From Cytophagales bacterium (GTDB taxonomy: Bacteria; Bacteroidota; Bacteroidia; Cytophagales; Cyclobacteriaceae), in contig JBBQDY010000001.1 of NCBI GenBank assembly GCA_038320155.1, forward strand, positions 20 through 64,019: a stretch of 64,000 bases of DNA, given 5' to 3'. The notes below the pieces were generated by a model. That model did no database searches and had not been told where the DNA came from. It saw only the letters and a program-made list of their open reading frames with translations. Shown in pieces: positions 57,251 to 64,000 of the stretch; the first letter of the stretch is position 1; the number at the start of each line of letters is the position of its first letter. The position numbers and the translations under genes are program-made.

Positions 57251-57562
57251 TTATAAACAGACAAGATCTTCAATGACTCCCTGACCATATTTTGCTTCGA
57301 TTAGTTGGAGAAGGTTACCTCTACTCATCATCAGTTCTTTTTTTACAGGGCCTGAGGTTAGCTTAACAAACAACTTTTTGTCTCGAATAAAAACCGAGGT
57401 AGTCCGATCAGCTATCGTTTTTCCCACCAGCTCAGGCCAATCATGAATCAGTGATTTTTCACGGAATTTTCCTTCTAATCGATAGGCTTTCAGCAAATCG
57501 TTGAAAGCAGTTTCTAAAGGCTCCGCCTCTTTTTTTCTACTGAAATAGGGATTATTGCTCAT
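57251..57562 (-). CDS. DUF721 domain protein (DciA-like)
   Basis: ATG at 57562 (MSNNPYF); the ORF track opens at TTG 57583. The core W.ELVGKTIADRT....I.DKKLFV...S...KELMM matches my recollection of the DUF721 pattern. Confidence 0.6.
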   Translation of the reverse strand: MSNNPYFSRKKEAEPLETAFNDLLKAYRLEGKFREKSLIHDWPELVGKTIADRTTSVFIRDKKLFVKLTSGPVKKELMMSRGNLLQLIEAKYGQGVIEDLVCL

Positions 57563-57575
57563 GGATTGGGATTGA

Positions 57576-58697
57576 TTAAACAAAAAGTGCAGCAGCTATA
57601 CTGTCCGCTAATAACTTGCCGCTTTTGGTCAAAGATAGGTTTTTATCCTGCCAAAGAAGCCAGCCTTCTTGGTTCATTTTAACCAAAATATCCTTTTTTC
57701 GAGTCAAAAGGTCAATCTGGTATTGATCAGAAATATGTTGAAAATCAACTCCCCAAATTGTCCGAAGTCCTGTAAGCAGGTACTCATTGAGAAGGTCTGT
57801 CCCAGTCAGATTTTCCACCTCAAATGGATTAAGTCCTTTCTCCAAAATTTTTAAATACTTACTATTGGAAGAAGGATTAAAACCTCGATTACTTCCATCG
57901 AATGAATGTGCACTTGGGCCAACACCTAGGTAAGGAGTACCTTTCCAGTAGTTTGTGTTATGAAGTGCAAATTGATCGGGTTTCCCAAAATTGGAAATCT
58001 CGTACTGGATATAACCTGCTTTTAAGGTTTCTTCTTGCAAAATCTCGAATTGAGTTGCTGTGAACTCTTCGTCCGCCGGAGTGAATTTTCCTTTTTGAGC
58101 CCAGTTTCCCAAAGCAGTTTTAGGTTCTACCGTGAGCGCATAGCTGGAGATATGTCCCGGATTTTGGCCGATCGCTTGACTTAGGTCTGCTTTCCAGATG
58201 GAATGATCAGGATGCGGGAATCCATAAATAAGATCCAAACTGAATTTTTCAAACCCGATTTCCCGTGCTTTTCCAATTGCTTGGATCGATTCAGTAGCAG
58301 TATGTGCTCTATTATAAAATTTAAGAACCGACTCATTGAAGCTTTGAATTCCCAGACTGAGTCGATCGATTCCTTGATTTTTCCAATCCTGAAGATTTTC
58401 TTTGCTTAGATCATCCGGATTTGCCTCAAGAGTAATTTCTTTGATTTCGCAGGAATAAGCAGTGTGGATTTTTTCAAGAATGTTTCCAATTAAGTTGGGC
58501 GGTAGAAGGGAGGGGGTTCCTCCGCCAAAATAGATGGTCTCCACCGGCTCTTTCTTCAGGTAATCCGATCTTAAATCTAATTCCAAAATGATCGCTTGGA
58601 CCATTTCTTCCCTTTGTTCGAGATTAGTGGAAAAATGAAAGTCACAATAATGACAAGCCTGTCTGCAAAAAGGGATATGAATGTAAATGCCTGCCAA
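57576..58697 (-). CDS. hemW: Radical SAM heme chaperone HemW (oxygen-independent coproporphyrinogen oxidase-like)
   Basis: CxxxCxxC motif FCRQACHYCDF. TTG at 58697 gives the canonical N-terminus M-AGIYIHIPFC and lies downstream of a perfect minus-strand -7 box (58717-58724). The ATG at 58772 lies upstream of that box and would overlap the divergent gene. Confidence 0.85.
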   Translation of the reverse strand: MAGIYIHIPFCRQACHYCDFHFSTNLEQREEMVQAIILELDLRSDYLKKEPVETIYFGGGTPSLLPPNLIGNILEKIHTAYSCEIKEITLEANPDDLSKENLQDWKNQGIDRLSLGIQSFNESVLKFYNRAHTATESIQAIGKAREIGFEKFSLDLIYGFPHPDHSIWKADLSQAIGQNPGHISSYALTVEPKTALGNWAQKGKFTPADEEFTATQFEILQEETLKAGYIQYEISNFGKPDQFALHNTNYWKGTPYLGVGPSAHSFDGSNRGFNPSSNSKYLKILEKGLNPFEVENLTGTDLLNEYLLTGLRTIWGVDFQHISDQYQIDLLTRKKDILVKMNQEGWLLWQDKNLSLTKSGKLLADSIAAALFV

Positions 58698-58708
58698 GAT
58701 GATTTCTA

Positions 58709-58724
58709 TTAATTTGCAAATATA
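58709..58724. promoter_or_regulatory. Back-to-back -7 boxes forming a palindromic bidirectional promoter core (ttaatttgcaaatata)
   Basis: Minus strand: TATATTTG, a perfect TAnnTTTG (58717-24), for hemW. Plus strand: TTAATTTG, one mismatch (58709-16), for the Omp85 paralog. The shared palindrome atttgcaaat spans 58712-58721. Confidence 0.4.
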
Positions 58725-58743
58725 ATCAATCCCTCTTAGCCAC

Positions 58744-60447
58744 TTGAAAGCTCGAATTTTAGTATTCTTCATTCCGTTTGTGATGAGCTTTTCGCTTTGT
58801 TTTGGACAGGGTCGTACCTACTTAACTTGGGAGACCATTCCGCCATCGATTCATAAAGGGGAACGGTATTTCTTTGAGGGTAACTCAAAAGGGCTATTCT
58901 TTGACTCCCTGAAAAGCGAGCTAATCAACGAAGGGTTTTTGGAGCTGAAGTTTACCGAGGAGTTGCAGACACAAGACTCAATAAAGTTGAGCATTAATCT
59001 TGGGAGACGTTATGTATGGAAAGAGGTAGCCACCGATGAAATTCCATTTTCGATCCGAGAGAAGCTTCCCCAATTGAGGGAAAATCATGCTGACTTGACC
59101 AATTGGATGAAGCAAGTCGTACTTGAATCTGAAAATCAAGGCTATCCATTTGCCCAAATCAGTCTGGGAAATATTGTTAAGGAGGGGGACTCCATAGCTG
59201 GTAAGTTGCTATATGATGAGGGACCTTTGATTAATTGGGATTCTGTGGAAGTGACCGGGACAAGCAAAACCCAACAAAAATACCTTCAGCGCCTGATCCA
59301 AATTGAACCCGGAACCCCATTTTCTCAAGAACAGCTCAACCAAACAGCAATTCTTCTAAAAAGGTCTCCTTATTTTGTCTTGGTGGAGGAGCCTGTTGTT
59401 TCCTTTCAAATCAAGACAGCAAAGCCAAGTTTTAATCTCAGGGATCGCAATTCGAATGTGCTGGATGGTATTATCGGATTGCTTCCCAATGAAAATGAAC
59501 TTGGAAAAATGCTGATTACTGGCCAATTGGACTTGGAACTATACCATCTTGGAGGCAAAGGAAGAGACATTTCGCTCCATTGGCAGCGATTAAATATTCA
59601 GACTCAAAGTCTTGATTTTTCAGCCAAGGAATCTTTTTTATTTAATTCTCCTTTGGACCTGAAATTTGGGTTCAATCTTTTAAAGCAGGACACCACTTTT
59701 ATAAATCGGTTTTTGAGTTTGGATTTTGGCTATCGATTTTCCAGTTCTGGATATCTCAGTTTTTTTGGAAAAAGGCAAGCTGGAGATCTGATCAGTACTT
59801 TTTCTTACCGGGATAATTTTGCCTTGCCTGATGTGGCTGATTACCGATGGAACCAGTACGGGATACGCTATGAAATGAATTTGCTGGATGATCCATTTTT
59901 GCCGAGGAGAGGTTGGTTGATTCAAACTGAATTTGCAACTGGGAACAAAAAAATCCTTCAAAATACGGGGATTCCGGATGAAGCTTATTTAGGTTTGGAT
60001 CTGAATACTCCGCAGTATCAAGGGAAATTAGTAGTAGAGAAGCATTTTCCGATCAAAACAAATTATGGGATATGGCTCAGAGGAAGTGGAGGTTTTATGA
60101 GAAATGAAAATCTTTTTCTGAATGATTTTTTCCGAATCGGAGGCTTGAAAAGTATCAGAGGATTCAATGAGAATTTCTTCTATACCCGGTCATTTGGATA
60201 TTTTAATTTAGAACAGCGGTTATTTTTTGACAGGAGCTCCTACTTGATGGTTTTTGTGGATGGAGGGATTCTGGAAAACCCGTACTTTGCAGACCCATTG
60301 GATTACCCTGTTTCATTTGGAGCTGGGTTAAATTTGGAGACGGGTTCAGGAATTTTCCGCTTTATCTATGGAGTTGGGAAATCCAATCTGCAACCCTTAG
60401 AGTTTTCATATTCAAGAATTCACTTTGGCTATTTGGCTAGGTTTTAA
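58744..60447 (+). CDS. Omp85-family outer-membrane protein (BamA/TamA-like paralog)
   Basis: 567 aa. TTG start gives the signal peptide MKARILVFFIPFVMSFSLCFGQ. POTRA-like N-terminal region and a barrel ending HFGYLARF. Confidence 0.75.
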   Translation: MKARILVFFIPFVMSFSLCFGQGRTYLTWETIPPSIHKGERYFFEGNSKGLFFDSLKSELINEGFLELKFTEELQTQDSIKLSINLGRRYVWKEVATDEIPFSIREKLPQLRENHADLTNWMKQVVLESENQGYPFAQISLGNIVKEGDSIAGKLLYDEGPLINWDSVEVTGTSKTQQKYLQRLIQIEPGTPFSQEQLNQTAILLKRSPYFVLVEEPVVSFQIKTAKPSFNLRDRNSNVLDGIIGLLPNENELGKMLITGQLDLELYHLGGKGRDISLHWQRLNIQTQSLDFSAKESFLFNSPLDLKFGFNLLKQDTTFINRFLSLDFGYRFSSSGYLSFFGKRQAGDLISTFSYRDNFALPDVADYRWNQYGIRYEMNLLDDPFLPRRGWLIQTEFATGNKKILQNTGIPDEAYLGLDLNTPQYQGKLVVEKHFPIKTNYGIWLRGSGGFMRNENLFLNDFFRIGGLKSIRGFNENFFYTRSFGYFNLEQRLFFDRSSYLMVFVDGGILENPYFADPLDYPVSFGAGLNLETGSGIFRFIYGVGKSNLQPLEFSYSRIHFGYLARF

Positions 60448-60450
60448 TAC

Positions 60451-61557
60451 ATGCGAAAATTTTATCTACTCTTTCTTTTCTTTTTAATTGCGTCTATCAG
60501 TAATGCCCAATTGCTGGAGGACTTTCAAAGTCAATGGGAAGAAGGAGGGAAAACTACCTGGTTTGAGTCGAATGATCGATTGAAATTAGCAGTGGACTTG
60601 ACTTCATTTCCGAGGTCCTATTTTTCTATTGAGATACCTAAGGGTACAGTTGTTTTTTTGGGAGAGAAGCTTTGGTTTTTCACTGAAAGGGACACCATGT
60701 TAAATACCAGTTTAGCGGATTTCAGAACGCTTGCAAATAGCCCTAAAGTTGACTTGACGCTCTTCAAATCAGGAATCTCTACTGATTTGGTCAGTGCCAA
60801 AAAAGTTTTGAAGCTTGAGAAGCCTGCTGAATTACTTGAGGAGGGCATGACTGCAAATGAAAAATTGGGGCTTAATCGACAGGAAATTAAGGATTTTTTC
60901 ATCTTTTCTTTAATGATTATTCTGATCATTATCACCGCCTATAAAAGTGCCTATTCACATGTTTTTACTGTAATTGCAAGACCAATATCACTTCTGAATG
61001 CTGAAGATTTCTCAGATTCAGGAAGTCTTCAGAAGTTCTTTTCCTTCGATGTACTATTTTTTGTGTTGGTGGTCAATATGCTTTCGGCGCTAGCTATGAT
61101 CCTGAGTATTGTTTTTTTTAAAGAGGCTTGGATAGAGGTTAGGATCGCTATTAATTTTCAGAATTTGATGATTGGATGGGGCATTAGTACATTTGTATTA
61201 TTTATCCTTACGATCATAAAGTTTACCACCATTCGAATCATCGCCTATCTGTTTGAATTGGGCAAAGTTGAATTCCCTCATTTCTTTTATTTGCTTCGTT
61301 TGGTCTTAATCGCGACAACAGCCTTGATTTTGGTCTTAGCATATTTTATAATGAACGATTTTTATTTAACCAAAATGGCCCTTAGTATTTCAATTTCGGC
61401 CTTTTTCTGGGTTTATATTTTAGGAACGTTAGTCCTTTTCATAATTATGATGAATAGGTTGAGCTTTAAGAAATATCATTTATTTACTTACCTTTGCATC
61501 GCAGAATTAGTACCCTTTTTGATTTTGGCAAAGTGGGTCATTGTCATAGGAGGGTAA
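60451..61557 (+). CDS. Polytopic membrane protein (DUF4271-like)
   Basis: 368 aa. Signal peptide (ISNAQ), a ~130-aa extracytoplasmic domain, then 6-7 TM helices. The family name is recalled from conserved synteny upstream of hemD-like genes in Bacteroidota. Confidence 0.55.
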   Translation: MRKFYLLFLFFLIASISNAQLLEDFQSQWEEGGKTTWFESNDRLKLAVDLTSFPRSYFSIEIPKGTVVFLGEKLWFFTERDTMLNTSLADFRTLANSPKVDLTLFKSGISTDLVSAKKVLKLEKPAELLEEGMTANEKLGLNRQEIKDFFIFSLMIILIIITAYKSAYSHVFTVIARPISLLNAEDFSDSGSLQKFFSFDVLFFVLVVNMLSALAMILSIVFFKEAWIEVRIAINFQNLMIGWGISTFVLFILTIIKFTTIRIIAYLFELGKVEFPHFFYLLRLVLIATTALILVLAYFIMNDFYLTKMALSISISAFFWVYILGTLVLFIIMMNRLSFKKYHLFTYLCIAELVPFLILAKWVIVIGG

Positions 61558-61585
61558 TTTTGATTTTTAAAACCAAACTAAACGA

Positions 61586-62359
61586 ATGAGCACAGTTACA
61601 AAAGATAGGTTTAGACCAGTAAAAAGTATTCTTGTGTCACAACCAGCTCCCATCGATGTCAATTCCCCTTACAGGCAATTGGCGGAAAAATATAATCTCA
61701 AGATTGATTTTAGGCAGTTTATAAAGGTTGAGCCCGTTCCACCAAAGGAGTTTAGAAAGCAAAAAATTGACATTTTAAAGCATACAGCTATAATTTTCAC
61801 TAGTAGGAATGCGATTGATCACCTATTTGCGATTTGCAAAGAGTTTAAGATCGAAATGCCTGCTGATATGAAATATTTCTGCATCTCTGATCAGACTGCA
61901 CATTACCTTCAAAAATATATAGTCATTAGAAAGCGCAAACTTTTTGTAGGACAGCGTACAGCTCAGGATTTATTTGATTATTTCAAAAAGCATAAGTCAG
62001 AAAAATTTCTTTTCCCTTGTTCTGATATTCGTAAAGATGATATTCCTGAGTATTTCGAGAAAAATGGAATCTCCTTTACAGAAGCTATTATTTACCATAC
62101 AATTGCGGCAGATCTTTCTGATTTAGCAGATGTGAAATATGATGTTTTGGCTTTTTTTAGTCCATCTGGAATAAAATCCTTAAAAATAAATTTTCCTGAA
62201 TTCGTACAAGGGAGAACCAGGATTGCAGCTTTCGGACCAACTACTGCTCAGGCTGTCAAAGACTTAGGTTTGATTTTGGATATTGAAGCACCAATGCCAA
62301 ATGCCCCAAGTATGACAGGCGCGCTAGAACTTTATATCAAAAAGTCGAATAATTTGTAA
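61586..62359 (+). CDS. hemD: Uroporphyrinogen-III synthase (HemD) family protein
   Basis: 257 aa. IIFTSRNAIDHLF and AFFSPSGIKSL segments, and a two-lobed HemD-like layout. Confidence 0.78.
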   Translation: MSTVTKDRFRPVKSILVSQPAPIDVNSPYRQLAEKYNLKIDFRQFIKVEPVPPKEFRKQKIDILKHTAIIFTSRNAIDHLFAICKEFKIEMPADMKYFCISDQTAHYLQKYIVIRKRKLFVGQRTAQDLFDYFKKHKSEKFLFPCSDIRKDDIPEYFEKNGISFTEAIIYHTIAADLSDLADVKYDVLAFFSPSGIKSLKINFPEFVQGRTRIAAFGPTTAQAVKDLGLILDIEAPMPNAPSMTGALELYIKKSNNL

Positions 62360-62435
62360 TTCTAGGAATCAAAAAGATGGGTTTTTCAGTTTAAATTCTT
62401 TACCTAGTTTTAAAATTGGACTTAACAGAATAAAA

Positions 62436-63416
62436 ATGTTTGAAAAAGGCCAGCTGAAGTACTTTTCTAGTTTATGCTTTGCCATAATTCTATTTTTTGG
62501 AAGTGCATCCTTGATGGCTCAACAGGATGCTCAGTTTACGCAGTATATGTATAATGGGATGTATTACAATCCAGCTTTTGCAGGAAAGCAAGATGGATTC
62601 AGGTTTTCAGCACTTCATCGATCTCAGTGGTCTAGTTACGCTACCTCTTCCGGTCAAGGAGGAGCACCTGTCACCCAACTGATTACTGCTCAAGGAAGAC
62701 TGGAAGGCAAAGGAATTGGGTATGGTATCACTATTGTGAATGATCAAATCGGTCCCACCACAAACTTGGAAATTAACCTCCAAGGGGCCTATCACAAAAA
62801 AATAAAACAAGCTACACTTAGCATAGGGGCTTACGCGGGTATGTTTACAAGTGCTATCAATTTTGATGAACTAATTGTAGTTAATCCTGAGCCTGGACTA
62901 CCAGTAGGGGGAAAAGAAAATCAGCTCAACTTCAATTTTGGAGCGGGTCTATTATTTGATAAAGGAAATTATTATTTAGGGTTGAGTAGCAGGCATTTGA
63001 ATGAGCCAAGTTTTGATTTTGGAGATGGATCTTACGAAAATCAACTAAAAAATCATTCGTATTTACTTTTTGGATATAGATTTAGACCGATTGGGCAATT
63101 GGCGATCGAGCCAAGTTTTTTATTAAAATCTGTTTCTTTTAATAATTTTTCTTACGAGGCGAGCGTTATTGCTACACACCAAAATAGAATCAGTGGAGGA
63201 GTTGGATTCAGAGGAGAGGAATCAGTTTCCTTGATTTTGGGTTACAGTTTATTGAGGGACAATTCGCTAAAGCTTGGCTACTCCTTTGATTTGGTTTTCG
63301 GAGGGTTAGAGGCAAAGGCCCCTACTAGTCATGAATTGCTACTGAGATATTCATTATCCAATGTGACTAAGGAGTTTGAGCGAGTGATTCAACGGACGCC
63401 TAGGTTTAGATTTTGA
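62436..63416 (+). CDS. Type IX secretion system membrane protein PorP/SprF family
   Basis: 326 aa. Signal peptide followed by the signature AQQDAQFTQYMYNGMYYNPAFAG. Beta-barrel-like. Confidence 0.85.
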   Translation: MFEKGQLKYFSSLCFAIILFFGSASLMAQQDAQFTQYMYNGMYYNPAFAGKQDGFRFSALHRSQWSSYATSSGQGGAPVTQLITAQGRLEGKGIGYGITIVNDQIGPTTNLEINLQGAYHKKIKQATLSIGAYAGMFTSAINFDELIVVNPEPGLPVGGKENQLNFNFGAGLLFDKGNYYLGLSSRHLNEPSFDFGDGSYENQLKNHSYLLFGYRFRPIGQLAIEPSFLLKSVSFNNFSYEASVIATHQNRISGGVGFRGEESVSLILGYSLLRDNSLKLGYSFDLVFGGLEAKAPTSHELLLRYSLSNVTKEFERVIQRTPRFRF

Positions 63417-63582
63417 TTTGTAGTTGGCGCTAGCCTAGAAATTATTATGACTTTATTTAGTCTTTTATTTTGGCAGGTTATTTGCATTATTGCGCCAAAT
63501 TGACCTAAATTTCGCACCGTGGGTCAGTCAAAAACCCTCAATTTATCTAATGAATGAAAAAATGTCATTTATGTATAAAAAA

Positions 63583-64000
63583 ATGAATTTGCGCATATTG
63601 CCCATCAGTCTTGGGTTGGTAGTGGCGACGCTTTTGCCTGGTTGTGGTCTTTTTAATAAGAAAGGATCGGCTAGTGAAAAGATGAACCGTAGAGGTGAAG
63701 TGACTGGAGTTCCTAAAAGAGACAGCTGGCAACAAAATCTTCCTTATGATATGGTTCCTGTTAAAGCAGGTACTTTTTGGATGGGGCAATCAGATGAAGA
63801 CGTAGCCTTCACTCAATCTTCTTTGAACAAACAAATAACTATTTCTGAATTTTTCATGGACAAGTACGAAGTGTCCAACAATAAATACAGACAGTTTTTG
63901 GAGTCGGTAAAAAATGGGGACATAGATAATGGAACTCCGACTACGCTCAAAGATCCTCCTCAACTTAACTATGAAGAATTAAGACCTGACACGACAGTGT
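63583..64000 (+). CDS. GldK/PorK- or GldJ-type SUMF1/FGE-domain gliding/T9SS lipoprotein, N-terminal part (runs off window)
   Basis: Open frame with in-frame ATGs at 63550, 63562, 63571 and 63583. ATG 63583 gives the lipoprotein signal MNLRILPISLGLVVATLLPGC. RGEVTGV...YDMVPVKAGTFWMGQSDED...FFMDKYEVSNNKYRQF is typical of GldK/GldJ. The porP-porK order is known from P. gingivalis. Confidence 0.8.
   Translation, partial: MNLRILPISLGLVVATLLPGCGLFNKKGSASEKMNRRGEVTGVPKRDSWQQNLPYDMVPVKAGTFWMGQSDEDVAFTQSSLNKQITISEFFMDKYEVSNNKYRQFLESVKNGDIDNGTPTTLKDPPQLNYEELRPDTTV

Noticed and set aside
58698-58772. ATG-initiated 25-aa N-terminal extension of hemW
   Set aside because: It would overlap the divergent Omp85 gene start by 29 nt, and it lies upstream of the perfect minus-strand -7 box. 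The TTG at 58697 reproduces the canonical HemW N-terminus. This remains unproven.
63565-63789. 74-aa minus-strand ORF
   Set aside because: It is antisense to the open GldK/GldJ-type lipoprotein frame, which has strong family motifs.
1-64000. Search for mobile elements, CRISPR arrays, tRNA/rRNA genes, toxin-antitoxin or defence islands
   Set aside because: I recognised no transposase, integrase or recombinase motifs, no spacer-repeat architecture, no tRNA-like cloverleaf segments in the intergenic regions, and no compositional island. The window reads as conserved core genome. A covariance-model scan would still be needed to rule out small RNAs.

Overview
This window looks like chromosomal core genome of a Bacteroidota organism, probably Cytophagia or Cyclobacteriaceae-like. 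Three things support that: PorP/SprF and GldK/GldJ-type T9SS genes, many perfect TAnnTTTG -7 promoter boxes, and no Shine-Dalgarno sites. It is densely coding, with about 60 CDS, and I found no rRNA, tRNA, CRISPR, transposase, integrase or prophage signature. Recognisable blocks, in order: a secreted glycine-rich surface protein (partial); rho-recO-tdk-ferredoxin; the rod-shape operon mreBCD-mrdA-rodA; rimP-nusA-infB; an outer-membrane barrel plus a vanadium-haloperoxidase/PAP2-like lipoprotein; cstA; an NTAQ1-like N-terminal glutamine amidase; accD; a lone nqrF; an arginase-fold / cytochrome b5 / MurK-like kinase / murQ operon; rluB; the envelope cluster trx-ompH-ompH-bamA-uppS-DUF6089-nadK-CBS-chrA-2OG oxygenase; serS; coaE-YbbR-yajC-DUF1573-YtxH-nusB-Leu dehydrogenase; an ABC exporter; two parvulin PPIases; an RsbU/RsbV/RsbW-type partner-switching trio; DUF721(DciA-like)-hemW; then Omp85 paralog-DUF4271-hemD-like-porP/sprF-gldK/J (partial). 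I see no obvious mobile or defence island. The candidates most worth follow-up are: (1) the bacterial homologue of eukaryotic NTAQ1; (2) the sigma-less partner-switching module with a polytopic sensor phosphatase next to periplasmic PPIases; (3) the tightly packed (4-nt overlap, 1-nt overlap, zero gap) operon of a degenerate arginase-fold protein, cytochrome b5, kinase and MurQ; (4) the closely spaced Omp85-paralog/DUF4271/HemD-like module beside hemW and T9SS genes; (5) the OM barrel plus V-haloperoxidase-like pair; (6) an 8-copy heptanucleotide array that abuts the rho stop codon and is followed by four stacked terminator hairpins. All functional calls come from reading motifs by eye. No database search was run.
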